64,000 nucleotides of DNA from Lenisia limosa (lineage: Eukaryota; Protista; Breviatea): assembly GCA_001655205.1 (NCBI GenBank), contig LPNZ01009878.1:1-64000 (forward strand). Direction: 5' to 3'. Below the pieces are notes generated by a model. It made no database searches and was not told the origin of the DNA. It was given only the letters and a program-made list of their open reading frames with translations. The translations under genes were made by a program, and so were the position numbers. Below are positions 1 to 13,373 of this stretch, one piece after another; the stretch's first letter is position 1; each line of letters starts with the position of its first letter.

Positions 1-753
1 TAACGTTTATACTCTGTAGCACCACTCTCCGAGAAGGCCCTCAGAGTCGCCCCCAGCCTTCCAAGCCCATCAATCAACTAAGTCCCGCTCCTTCTCCCCC
101 AAGGTCGGCAACAATCCATGTTGTACTTTGATGTTTTATTGTTCAGTTTCTGAGTTGGAATATTGGACTTTTCATCCCCTCACCCCCCCCCCAGTCCTCC
201 CGTATTCCTCTTTCCTCCACCTTGAACATCGAGAGGCCGAATNNNNNNNNNNNNNNNNNNNNNNNNNNNNNNNNNNNNNNNNNNNNNNNNNNNNNNNNNN
301 NNNNNNNNNNNNNNNNNNNNNNNNNNNNNNNNNNNNNNNNNNNNNNNNNNNNNNNNNNNNNNNNNNNNNNNNNNATAATTCTTACTCGTAGACCGCCCTT
401 CGAATGACTTCGGCGCAGCATGAGCGCTCCATCCACCTCGCCACTGCCCCGCGTAGATCTTCAAGATCTCGAGCTAATAGCTCTGATCCCAATGTGGTGA
501 GAAATCGACAATTGATGCTGTCATGTAAAGGTATAACCCTGCAGGACGCCCTCACAGCCAGCGAATTGGAAAGCTTACTATCTGAGGCAACTTTAGAGGC
601 CCGGGACGCGGAGAAGGCGGGCAGACGGCCGGAAGCTGAACTTCTGGCGTATATCAATTCGTGGGGGGGGTGCCAGTTTTTGCTTGCTTTAAATTATATT
701 GTTGCACTCACGGTTTCAGTTTAAAAAAGGCGCTTTATCGTCTTCGTTTGTAA
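1..753 (+). CDS. 3' part of a hypothetical multi-exon gene (partial, spans an N gap)
   Basis: GT-AG-bounded exons read TALRMTSAQHERS.., ..EAELLAYINS|LKKALYRLRL* with the stop at 751-753. No family recognised. Confidence 0.4.
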
Positions 754-1673
754 ACTAGGTAATGCTTAATTAGGTTTGTGTATTGTACCAATGTATTATA
801 TGTATGAAAACTCTTGAAAACAGTGTCGCCCTTGGGTAACAAGCATGGCTAGAATATTCGATTTTGGGATTGGAAGCTATGGGCAAGCCCAGGCAAATGT
901 GCAACCCAAATGCTCTATTTACACACAGGAAGATAAAAAACAATCCTTCTCCCACCACAGTCCTTCCACAATCTTCAAAAAAATGTCAAACGAAAGTGAA
1001 ACATACCTAGCGCAAGATCTTATGTAGCGGAGGATCTATTACCCCGCGAACGTTCCGGAAACCCCCCCCCCCTCAAGCTTTTTCGCGTTTTGCTTTTTTT
1101 CAGTTTTTTGTGCACCCGCTTACCCACCCCTCTCCTCCTCTCCTCCTCTAACTTCCAGACCCCCCGAGACCTGCCCANNNNNNNNNNNNNNNNNNNNNNN
1201 NNNNNNNNNNNNNNNNNNNNNNNNNNNNNNNNNNNATTCTCTCTCTCCTCTCCTCTTCTCCTCTCTCCAAAAAACTACTGCAGCCGACTGTAGCAGATCA
1301 ACTACTGTAGATACAGGGGGCCGCAACTTGCTTTCCCGCTCTCTCTCGCAGCTCAAACCGCTTTCAAGGTTGCCTGGAGGGTTGCGATTTTGAAAATTTG
1401 GTATAGTGGGATTATTGGTTGTTGCAAGATTCGTGAAGGATTGTTCCTATGCTTATTTGTGAATATAGTTAGATCAGCCTGGTAGTTTAGCAGCGATTAA
1501 GAACCTTGTAAGAGTTCATTGCTTGGATGTTTTGATGCTTGTTACTATTAACTTTTTTTTTTTTTGAGGTGTTCTTTCATGACCAATTTTACATTCACAT
1601 ACCTCAATCACCCCTCCACAAGAGGATATGTTCACGTTTTGTTGCTCCTTATTTGACTACTATATGGATACTG

Positions 1674-3176
1674 ATGAACCAGATGGCAATACCGTGGGAA
1701 AGTCTCAAGAAATGTCGGCTCATTGGCGAAGGTGGACAACACTCGGCTTTTGAGGTAGGCTGCAAATTCTGAAACATTGAATTGTCTGGGTATTTTAAGA
1801 AATCAACTCTCAAGATTACTTTTCCCAGTTAGGTGACAAAGTGCTACTGGTAGTTAGACGTTCATTGAGTGGGTGTTCCTCACTTTTCTACATTCAACTT
1901 ATCAAAGACCATTGTTATGAGTTTGACAGCCTAGTAACGCTATCGCAAACGGATGTTGAGGAGTTCTACCGTGGAATGGCGATGCTGCTCCCTGGGTTCT
2001 GTGACCCTGACGTTGTGCGTGTTTCATTGTTATTGCCTGACGGATTAGAGGGTCTTGTCCCTTGAGCAGAAATGGCTGAATTATTTGGAAGAGAAGGCGC
2101 AGCCAAGAATGCACAAGTCCTCTCAGCAAAGGGATATTTCTGGTGGGTCCAGGAATGGACGGTTTCAATTTGTTCTGAGTAGCGTTACGATTTAGGGTCG
2201 CCCTTACAGATCCTCATGCAGAACGCCTATCATAACGCCGACGTTGTGGTTGAGTTGAAGGTGAGCAACTGCATGCACGGAAATAGGGGCGGGGAGTTGG
2301 TTGGCAAAATTAGGTCATTACTCACACACGTCAGCCGAAATGGGCAGTCAATGATGCGGACTTTCCGTCCAACACCTGTCGCAACTGCCGCAAAATGAAT
2401 ACCCGACAGGAGAGTGCTCCTTGCTTGAGTGCTCTCTTCTGTGGAGGCGACAATTTACGGTTGGACTCTTGATAGAACGCTCAACACAAGACACCCAAGA
2501 TATTTACAGTTTAGAAATTGTCTCAGATCTCTTGCTGAGCAGAACTCCAAGTTTTTCAAAACCCACCGAGGCTCTGTATGGGGGAGATGCGACTTATCTC
2601 ATTGGTGCGTTATTGACACAGTAGGCCCGAGAACTGGGTGACGAGATACCGCGGGCCCTGGAGTCTTCAGGCCTGCTCTCCAAACTCAGGATGCTGCAGG
2701 AACTCAGTTGGCTGGCACATACTCTTTCATGCCAACTATACATATTAGAGCTTCTTAGTTTCAAATAGTTTACTCCAGCTCCGATCTCGATCCAGGCTAT
2801 TATTTCGTTTCAAGTTATTGCTGTAGCCAACATTCCCCGTGCCTCCCTTCCCGCTTGCGTCCCTGCGAATGGCGTCGACATTGCTCATTATAAAGAAGCC
2901 TTTGCCCTCATTCAAAACGGCTTGTCTCAAACCGCGATCGGCCCACTCACCCCCCTCTGTGTCAACCAGAGCCTCAAGGTTCAAAGGCTCCAACCCCTTC
3001 CGCAGACAAACGCTCATGTTGATCTCGCGATCTTTTCAATTGGACGAACTTTAAGAGATTTGAGTATCATCATTGGACTGAAGAAAAAGGAATCTGGGTG
3101 GTCATCCCATTTGGTGTGTATTGATATTGGTCCAAAGAATGTCACTAAGAAAATTGATTCCTGGCGGGTGTTTTGA
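1674..3176 (+). CDS. IPPK: Inositol-pentakisphosphate 2-kinase-like (Ipk1/IPPK)
   Basis: Spliced motifs in the expected order: IGEGG near the N-terminus, VVVELK, CRNCRK, SLAEQNSKFF, SGLLSKLRMLQ, CIDIGPK. Divergent sequence. Confidence 0.6.
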
Positions 3177-3345
3177 ATCCCTTTACGGTACTATTTTATT
3201 ATTTATTTCCTATTCCCAGTGTGCTGACATGAAACAACATCAATATAATCAAATCTTGATCCATATATTTAATAAACCGTCTTTTCTGAGGCACATCTTG
3301 AAGAGTGAGAGGAACAACAGATGATAACATACAGTATTCTAAAAA

Positions 3346-6300
3346 GCCAGTGCAACGGAAACTTCATTATTGAGACCGGCTATCTTGTCTTGTCGTTCCT
3401 TGATACGCTCTTCAATGCGCTTCACCTTAACGATAAAAACAAAAAGTCTTTCATCCCACCTCAGCTAGACACTCTTCCTTCTTCTGGGCAAGTCCTGCAA
3501 TATCTCGCTTAATATCAACTATCTTCTTTTCCTGAACGAGATGAACCAATTAAGATACAATATAAATAGCTACATATGACATTATTTGCATAATTAACTG
3601 AAGATGGTCATAATAAACTGAAGATTGTCTTGTTGCAGCATGGTGTGAAAATACCCAGAAAAGTAGCCCAGACTCACTGTCATTTGAACGACTTTGTTCT
3701 TCAACTTTGTAAGGTCCTAGGTTGTAATTTAAATGAGGTGAAACAAAATATAATAGATCCTTTTCCAACTCACGCTGATGGTACTTTTGAACTCATCCTA
3801 AGGAGTGAAAAAAGACAACGGAACTTAATTGCACAAGATCAAGTTGAATACTTACGTCTTTTTTGACCAGGCGGGACTGGTGTTTTGGTTCATATGCTGG
3901 AGCAAAAACAACAGTTGGCTATTGGGTGAGTGAATAACCATTCTACAATCGAAATTAAAAGAATCTTAAATGCAGTAGTGTGTTTAATGATAGTTTTATT
4001 TCAGTAAAAGAGGAACGTAACAACGATAGCAAAAAATGAATATTCAATTGTAATATCGTAAATAGGTTAAGAGACTAGTTCAGTTCATCGGATATTTTTT
4101 TCACAAAATAAAATTACAATTCCTCTTTTGAAATTTTGAGCCCCACCCTCCTCATCCCAGGTCAATTCCTAAACTAGGCTCTTTATGTTTCTTCAATATA
4201 CAATAGGGCTCAATGAAGGGTAGGTGTTCTGGGGTTTTCAAGCCCCAAACATAATCGTCTGACATGGTTGTCGTCCTCCTGACACTGCAATCCCGGTTCC
4301 CAAATATACCAGACTCGCAACCTCCATAATATTCATATGGAATAAGAAATGGGTATTGAAAGGTTTTCTCTCTCAGTCAACAAATAATCCATCCCTTACA
4401 CTTTCACACACGATAGACGATACTCCCACTTACCTAAAATATTAGAGGAATACGAGAAATTCAAAATAAATTACATATTTTGAGATAGTAATATGCTATC
4501 AGTGTACATAACCTCGAACAACTGTGAAATAAAAACAGTACATAAAGACTATTAGAAAAAAAAAGATTTCATATGAAACAATTATTATTTGATCAGTAGC
4601 TCCTTCATAAAAACATTCCATTTTGCCCATTGCCCACACTCGAACTTAGTTTTTTGGAGACAGGCAAGCGGACCGTTGGGCGAATTGACGGTGACGGAGG
4701 ATCCGCCGGGAGATAGATACTGGGCACACTCGGAACATCTTGCTGGATCGCGTTAGAATGGTTCAACTTCGTTGTTGGAACATCTTGCTGGATTGCGTTA
4801 GAATGGTTCAACTTCGTTGTATCTTTGTGATATCACTTCGCTCAGAAAAAAACTTCACTTTTGTAAAACCCCAGTAATATCTATTGGTCAGATATCACCC
4901 ACAAACCTCTTTCACAGCAAACTGCTCCACATTCAGGGCAGCAGATGATACAGACGGTTTTTCAGGCATACTAAACAGTATGACATACACTGATAGACAT
5001 TACTTACATTAAGGCACTCGTTCTTATAGTTGTCTCCTCCTCCTCCTCCTCCTCATCTTCTTCTTCATCTTCAGTCTCACTATCATGAGCAACATGGACT
5101 CGCTGTTTCGAGCGGACAACCGATTGCTGTGGCTCTTCGGTTCGGTCAACAAACCACTTATCTATGGATACATCAGAAGTGGACACCAAAACAGAGCATT
5201 CTAGCCGTGAAGCGTACCAAATAAGTTCATGAGCTGATCCACACTTTCCTCTTTCATGTTCATTTGAACGTCAACCTGAAGTGATTACTGAAAGAACGGC
5301 CGCTGATACGAAAGAAGAGGGATTTGAAAACAGATGAACATGTTTTGCCTACATGGTGCAACAACTTCTCTCTAGAGATACAATCTAAAGTCGTCAAAAG
5401 GTCAATGATTCCAGTACAATAACCCCACATACTGACGGGGAAAAGCGCATCTCTGGTTGCAGTGTAGTACTGTCTCAAGTTATTATCTGTCAGCATGTAG
5501 AGGAGAGACACAATGGGGCTCTGAAAAGTTAATCCCCAACCAGGCAAAAGGCTCCACTTACAAGTTCATCCTTGACACATTTTGTCAGAATATCAGGCGA
5601 ACGCACCTGTATGGCCTACAAAATGACAACATCAGAACCACTCTTACTTGTAAAACTTCCCGTGACTCCTCATGGCTGCATTTGTAGACCAGAATATTGA
5701 CAAGGGGGAACTATGATGTAAGACTACACCAAGGCCGAGCCTACATGCGTGGATGTTTCATCAAGGAATATCTGCGACTTAATAACTTTGTCAAACAGAT
5801 CGTCATCAACTGAAGGTATAAATACAGTGTTTTATCAATCCTAGTCCAGACAATCAAGTCTGAGTACTACACCAACATGTGGATGATTTGCTGAACAAAA
5901 ATACCCGAAAATAAGGAATAGCATACCAGTAAGCATGAATTCGGCCACGTTCTGGAAGGGCTTTTCGAGATGGTGGGTATGCCGCCTTTGGCAGAGCAGC
6001 TGGAAAATGGCTGCCTGAGGCAAGGTGAGAATCAACAGACAGAAAAGTTAAATATACTGTAGTAATGCTAAATCATTCTTTCCTTTTGTTCCATCCTAAG
6101 TGAGAATACCGATGTTTAATAACCCACCACAAGAATAGGGCTCTCACGGGCAACTTCTTTGAAGAAGTCACTGTCAACAGAATAGAACTATAAAATTGAA
6201 CAGAGAAATTTTAGGAGTTATTGGCGTCAACCTAAAGACCCATACTTTCTTGATGATGGACTTCTCTTTTGAACTGGTTGCGTTGTATGTGACCTGGTCA

Positions 6301-6779
6301 GAGTTTGGAAGCGTTCTTCTTGGGTCTTTCTGCCAGTTCTGGATACGCTCCCACCTTGCAAGTCAAAGGGGATAAACAATCTGGTTGTGCCCCTGTGTGG
6401 CAATTGGGATCCAAAATTTCTCAATAAAACTCACGATGCTTCCAGGCAACTGCCAAAGGGAAAGGTATAAGATGATAGAGATGGGTGCATAAAGGAGGGG
6501 AAAGAAAACAAGTCATTATCCTTGCCTACGCTGAGCGAACGGAAGACTTGTTTGCTGACATGCTTAAATATGCTGTAAAGACAGAGGTGTCCCAAAAGAG
6601 TTCTTGGTGAGATGTGGACGAAAGACTGGACGAGTGAAATACGCCAAAGCGCTTGATTGGAGTCGTTTCCACGTCAAATAACAGATTAATACGTATGCTA
6701 CTGATAGCCAAAGCCTTTGGCTCATGAAACGGTAATAAAGTCGAGAAAACCGATTGGCGACTATGCTTGATTTGGCCAA
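3346..6779 (-). CDS. Hypothetical multi-exon protein with an acidic tract and a C-terminal coiled coil
   Basis: Chain of minus-strand exons with GT-AG boundaries: DSETEDEEEDEEEEEE ... KKIVDIKRDIAGLAQKKEECLAE|VKRIEERIKERQDKIAGLNNEVSVALAF*. Start uncertain. Confidence 0.5.
4732..4820. repeat. 45-bp tandem duplication (2 copies, in-frame, exonic)
   Basis: Copies start at 4732 and 4777 and encode TTKLNHSNAIQQDVP twice on the minus strand. Confidence 0.95.
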
Positions 6780-7082
6780 ACCTCCATTCCTTACCTTTAT
6801 TAAACTGGGAAATTTGTAGTATTTATTTATTTATTATTTAAAACAACAGAAAAGAAATTTTAGTTTTCGATTAGTTGTTGAGGTGGTATTGACGATGGAC
6901 CAATGATGGACTGAAAAAATGAATAGGGTGGGGCGGAACAGCTTCGGCTGCTTTTTTAATCAATGATTCAATCTCGAAATCTCGAAGTCCCTCTGGAGCC
7001 GTCCAGGCTCTCCAGGTCTTACTACTACTTTCTGTCTCTCGACGGTCGCTCGCGCCAAGGTAGCCTCTGGTTGGGCTAAGTG

Positions 7083-8487
7083 TTATTTCTGATAGGCTTC
7101 GGACTGACGCGTGATACAGTTCAGTTCAGCAAGAGTAAAGTCAACATTGTAAGGGGTAGATAAATAGAAACAACGAACCAACACAAATCTAAACCATAGT
7201 CGCATTTTTTGCGAAGTAGTACCACCAATAAGCGATGGCAACAAGAACTGCCAAGCCCTGGAGCCAGTAAGAAAGTGTACATCCCAATCACACCATCACA
7301 ACACTAAAAAGGTAAATATATTGGGTGGCTGGTTGCAGTTTTTTTTTTTTGGATGAATCGTTGTTCAGTCATTTAAACTATCCTCTAATGTTCGAAATTA
7401 GCTTTCACGCTTCTTACTATTTCAACAAGTTTGAAAGAGGAATAAGGAGAACAAGATCCAAAGTTCGATATTAACACTTGTCTCAGTCGTGTCTTTATAT
7501 CCATTTATTGCTGTCAGTTAACTTAAACTACATTCAGCAGATTAAACAACAAGGTGACCACATACCGAAGAGACGTATTCTGCTGACAAAAGAAGACCAG
7601 TCAAGATAACTGCGTTCCAAATGAAAAGCCGAAAATTCCCCGCAATAGCTACACTCAGCCTAAGAATGTGACATTCCGAGAAAATGGACTCTTCGCCGTT
7701 TATTCCTGGCACAAACCTCCATGTCATTCGGAAGCAGTCAGCACAGAAAAGAAGCATCGTAGAAACGATAAAAAGGATCCAAATTTGATTTGCCAGCTCC
7801 ATTTCAGAGAGATCCGCCTATGATGTTTGAGGAAAACTATTACAACTGTAGAAATGAGACTGAGACAAAGATTTGAGCCAAGCCAATCATATTATCGCCT
7901 TAGGTACAGTCAGTATGTATGATTGATTACATATTATCATCATGCCAATCATTACCAATTAAGGACTTCTATTGTTTCTTGGTATCGGAAAAATGATGGA
8001 TGCAAATTTGAATTGAAATAAGGAAACCCATTCAGTGAAGACGAGTAAACAACATAGAGTATCAATATTATAGAAATAATTGGATACGAAACAAGAAAAA
8101 TAATAAGATCTTTCACACAGTGAATCATTGTTCATTCTTGACTGCTCTTTTTATTAACATACTAATATGATATATTTATTGACGCGACAATTGGTTGACT
8201 TTCCACCACTTCTCTTCCTCTGTACATTTGTACAATCAAAATTAGACAGGCAGAGTCAAGAAAAACCAAGTTGGATCCAAAAAAATCACCTACCATATCA
8301 AACACATGTTCTTTGGTCATATCTGCATATCTAAAGAGTGAAGTGTCAGGAAATTCAGAATTTAAGCCTTTATGCTAAGTCCCTCATACTGCGTGAACCT
8401 TTCAAAATCCTCAGCCTCAAACTCGACATTAACCGCCGTACAGACAGCGATTAGGGACAAAAGGGTTGCAATCCTTGTTACCATCAT
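7083..8487 (-). CDS. Hypothetical signal-peptide, multi-pass membrane protein
   Basis: Signal-like start MMVTRIATLLSLIAVCTA. Hydrophobic exons QIWILFIVSTMLLFC, FIWNAVILTGLLL and GLAVLVAIAYWWYYF, ending SEAYQK*. Confidence 0.5.
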
Positions 8488-8905
8488 CAAAGTGCTTATC
8501 TTCTGAATGTTTATTGCCAACCCTGTTAACACGCGTATAACTGGTGGGTACTGAAACCAAGACACAGACTCAGACAGATGCGACAAATTGGATAAAAAAT
8601 GATGTTCAAGAGATATGATGCAAATAATTATGTATCTGTAAAGAGACACCACCCCAACCCATATAACTCTGCGGCGTTTATACAAGGTTTTCAGGCAAAA
8701 AATTGTTGTTTTTTTTTATATTTTTTCAAGAGGAGGTATTTCGGTATTTTAGTGCTAGGAGTGGAAAAAAGAGAAGATAACGGACATATTTCACCGGATA
8801 TCTAGTCGTTTGATGGGCAAGTCCGAGGCCTATCTGGTTTTTCTTTGCCTTAGGCCGGTTTATTCCTAAGATATTGTGAAATATTTACTCTAACTTGCGA
8901 AAAAG

Positions 8906-11900
8906 ATGGTCGGAAATACCATCCGCAATATGAATCGCACAAGAAGGTTGTTATTTCGAATGCTGTCATATCTTATACCTTAAGGCGTACAAACTCATTT
9001 GACCCACCGCCATCAAAAGCTATCAATACTGAGAGGTTGGGTGGCTCATATTTCGTTTTCCCTGTTGTTCTCTCTCGACTACATTAGTTTTTCACATTCA
9101 AGATACACATGTATGTGTTCCCATTTGATTGGACATATTACTTCGCACTCAAATATCATTAAAAATTAAAACGAAATGAAGGAAATAAAAAGTATTAATA
9201 GGAGTTCTTCCAACCCTGGTAGACATAGTATTATTATTGTTTACTCTTGGGTGGTGCCTTAATTCTTCTTTTGAATGACATTGTCTAGAGTGAGTAACTT
9301 GTTGGACGCTCCCAGTTTGGACTTAGATAGCAATGAAATCAATGTAAGGGAAGTCATCATCAAAATCACAAGAAAGGTTGGTGTTGCTTGGATCATTTGA
9401 CATTTATACTCTTTTTATCCAATTTCACTTCTAAGCGGTTTTTCTTTCCCTAATTTCATAGGTTGAAAAGAGGAAGCTGTATAAAGATCTGCCTATTTAC
9501 CTTATTTTTGTGATCATCTTCTTCACTGCCATGTCAATGGGCAGAGCGTGGGGGGGTGTATTACTTTTCAGCCAGTTTTAAAATATAACTGCTCAGAGAT
9601 CTTGCATTATTACAACCAGTTTTATTATTTTAATCTTCTTGTGGTTTTAATTCCGTTAGGGTCTTCAAAACACATTTGATGGAACAAGTAAGTTGGTGGC
9701 CCTTCTGTTTTCAATAGCTGTATTTCAATACGTCATTGTTCGCATTGGGATTACCGACGTTCCAGGCTCTGAGAGACGCTGTTGTTGACGAGGAGTTTGT
9801 GAGAGAAGATACCCATATTAAGAAGGACTTCTATGCTATTGGAAGCTTCGAAGAGTTCTGGGAGGTAAGATAGAACTTAGGCATGAGAAACCGCTTTTTT
9901 GGAGATTGACCCCTTCAGTGGCTCCAAGGCCCATTTGTCAACGCACTAACTGAGACAACTGATTACAGTGGAGCCGAACTGCCGGTTGAGGTTTGTTTTC
10001 AAGTGTTTTTTTTTTATCTTGACAATTGACCACCCCAGGAGCAAGGCTATATCTACGGATACAACAAGCTGATCGGAGGGGTTCGATTCCGACAGGTTTG
10101 GAGATGATCCACTCAAGGCATTAACTATACAGCTCCGAGTGCGAGATGACAGTTGCAAAATCTCTTCAGCATATGAGGATTGGATTGGAATGGACTGCTA
10201 CTACTACTACGATATGTTTACTAAGCAAACAGAGCCTTTTGGTCCGCGCGACCCTGCAAAAGGCCCTGCTGACAAGTGAGCTAACTCAACAACGGAGACG
10301 GGTTGGTACTATGATGACTTTTTAGGTACCAGTACACTGAAGCGGCTGATACGAAGTCGCAATGGATGTTTGGCAAGGTTTGATATTCCTTTGGGCGAAT
10401 AAGGGCTTACTATTGCTTCAGGTGTCGTTTTACTACGATGCTGGAGGCTATTTGACCGACATTCCAAAGAACGAAAGCCTTGCTGACCGAGTGCAGGAGT
10501 TGAAGGTACGATGAATGTTACATGGTCTTTCTAATTAATTAGGACGATTTATGGATTGACCAACACACAAGAGGTAGGTTGTGCACTGGGTTCTCACGGT
10601 ATCCCTTTCTTGGCTTATTGATTTAGCTGTAATGATCTACTTTAACGTCTTCAACGCCAACATCAACAGTCAAGTGGCGTCATGTCGACTGGTTGGTAAC
10701 ACGCTTTCCCTTTACGCTTCAGGTTGTCGAGTTCTCACCTGGTGGAGCCATTGAGGTTGACAGTCAGTTCACAATCTTCCGTCTCAATGTAAGTGATTTC
10801 CGTGTGTTCTGTTTTCAGCAAAACCCCATTTTCTCAGTTCACGTTTCCAGCCATATGTTGATGTTTATGATGACATTCGAATGGCATGTGAGATTTTGGT
10901 GGTTCTCTTCTGGATCTACTTCATTTCCAATGAAATATCTGAGGTTTGCCAAAGATTGAGACTGGTGTGTTTTATTTGTTTAATAACAGATGCCAGACTA
11001 TAGCATTGTATTATTTCGTAGATATTTTCCTTTTTGACCAAATTAGCTTCGAGCATTCAAACGCAAAACTGGTTCGATGTTTAACTATTTTGGAAGGTAT
11101 GCCGTTCTCTTTTTGAATCCTGAACACTTCCTGACTTTTCAGTTTGTGGAACTTTGTGGACCTCCTAAATTTAATCATATTTGGGATTGGATTCTACCAA
11201 ATGGGTACCTATATCCTAAGCTCGGAGAGGAAGGAAGTTGACATGCTTCAAAATGACTATATTCCTCTCGAAGAGCTTGCCAATAAGTAAGGATTGTCTG
11301 GGCTTTCCTTAAGCAAACTTCTGTAACAATTCAGGTATCTTCAATTCTACAACCTTGCTGCTTTCAACGTCCTGATTTGTACGTACAAAGTGGGCAAGAG
11401 AAGTAGTGAATGCTTTATTATGGTGTTCTTCCTTATCTTGATAGATTTTCAAATTCCTCCACCTGAACGATCGTCTCAACCTTCTCTGGAAGACCCTTGG
11501 CGAGGTTAGACATTTGGTGTTGGTTATTCTCTCACCCTCCAGGCAAGTAGTGACCTTATCTCTTTTTTCTTCATGTTCTTTGTGGTGGTGATGGCCTTCT
11601 GTCTGATGGGCCATCTCCTCTTCGGGCCTGAAATGGAGGAGTTCTCTACTTTCACAAGTTCGTTCGCCACGACCATTAACATGATCATGGGTGTTGTCGG
11701 TATGTGGGGTGGGGGCTCTTGCAGATTATTGGCATATCGTAAAGAAAAAACCTTACCCATTAAATTTCCATTCGAGTATAACAAGCTGATCTATTATAGA
11801 TTATAACAAGCTGGAGTCTATCAACCGCTTCCTTGCACCAGTGTTCTTCTTTGCCTTCCTGATCTTGGTGTATTTCTGCCTCAGTAAGCCAGAATAAGAC

Positions 11901-13065
11901 TAAAATCGTTGTATCTGTTTTGAGGGGTGAGGGAGAGCAACAAAGGGGTAAAAAGGTCGCAATGTAGGTTCTTGTACAAATCCAGCTTGATTGCTCAATG
12001 ATATTGTCTATAGTACATGTCTCCCTCCCTCACTCTTCAGCGAATATGTTTATCTCCATTGTCAATCGGGCCTATATGGTTGTACACGCAAACATGCAGC
12101 TAAGCGACTCGCTCAAGAAAAGCAAGAAGGTCAACAAGGACAGCAAGGATGACATTGACAACCAGAAGCCGAAGAAGCTCAAGACCAAGTTAAAGATGAC
12201 TGTAATCCTCGAACGCCTTGAAGACTTTGTCAAGTCGACTGGCATGGTGGTTGTGCAGAGCGAAGAGCTTCTTCCCGTGAGATTGGGGCATCTGTCATCA
12301 AGCCAAGAATTTGCTGACCCTTCAGATTTTAGACGATGATGAGAAAAGTGTCATTTTCGTCAAAGCAATCCAAAAGCAAATCCGCAAAGAAAAGCGTGCT
12401 GCAATTCAGGTATTTTTCTTTTCTCTTTGAGTCTGAATGACGGAGTAGGCCATTTCTGACAAGGCCGGTCCGGCTCACTTCTCGGAGTTGAAGCGAGTTG
12501 AGCTCACAATCAATGAGATAAAAGCCATGAAAGAAAGGGTATGGAACCACGTTCTTCTTCTCATTCGGGTTCTTCTCATTTGTTACCTTTTGCATTGACC
12601 TTTCAGGTCCTAACCATGTTTGACAATAATGGCATTCCAAGACCAGAAGTCAAAAATGGTTTGTAGGATGAATTTTTCTTTCCTACTTACCTTAACTCAC
12701 ACCCCAGAACTAGAACCATCACCTGAACTCGAAAAAGCAAGCAGCAAGCCCGAGTTTGTGAATATCTTCAGCAAAAAGACTGTCAAGAAGACGGAGAAAA
12801 AGTCCAAGAAGAAGGCTTCTTTTAAGGTGGTTCACCACTCTTATGAATTGGCATATAAAAAATATTTTAAATTATATTACTTTATTATAATTTAAAATAT
12901 TTCATCTCTGCAGGATCCCAACGAAAATGCGACTGAAATGGTGGATAAGTCGGCTTCACCTGGACCTTCGGTAAGATGCATTGGGTAATATTCACCTTCA
13001 AGGAGCTGCGGGTGAGTAACGAAGAGGCTGAAGTTGATGAGGCCCACTTTGACGAAGAAATGTGA
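8906..13065 (+). CDS. PKD2: Polycystin-2 / TRPP-like cation channel
   Basis: About 25 exons join in frame: YIYGYNKLIGGVRFRQLRVRDDSC, WIDQHTRAVMIYFNVFNANIN, VVEFSPGG, SLWNFVDL, FLHLNDRLNLLWKTL, GHLLFGPEMEEFSTF, NMFISIVNRAY. Confidence 0.9.
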
Positions 13066-13373
13066 GCTGCAGAACCTACCTCTAGTACCAAGCCATTATT
13101 AACTCTGTAGTGATGAGCCGACCCCCAAGGGCTCTGATGACGATTGGGTGTAATTTTAGTTTTCTGTTTGTTGATTTGATTTTTGAGCTGATGTCAAATT
13201 GTATCTTGATATATTATTATATTGATAAATCTCTAACTACAAAGTACAAATACTACACTTATATTGGTGCTAATGAGAACAGCCTTTCGACTACAGGCTC
13301 AGAGGAATCAATAACCGATACTCACCCCATGAAATGCACAAAATATAAATATCAAAAAAAAAAAACCCAGAGC

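Noticed and set aside
790-1370. Possible small minus-strand gene
   Set aside because: Splice-like sites are present, but an N gap interrupts it and no consistent frame or family could be established.
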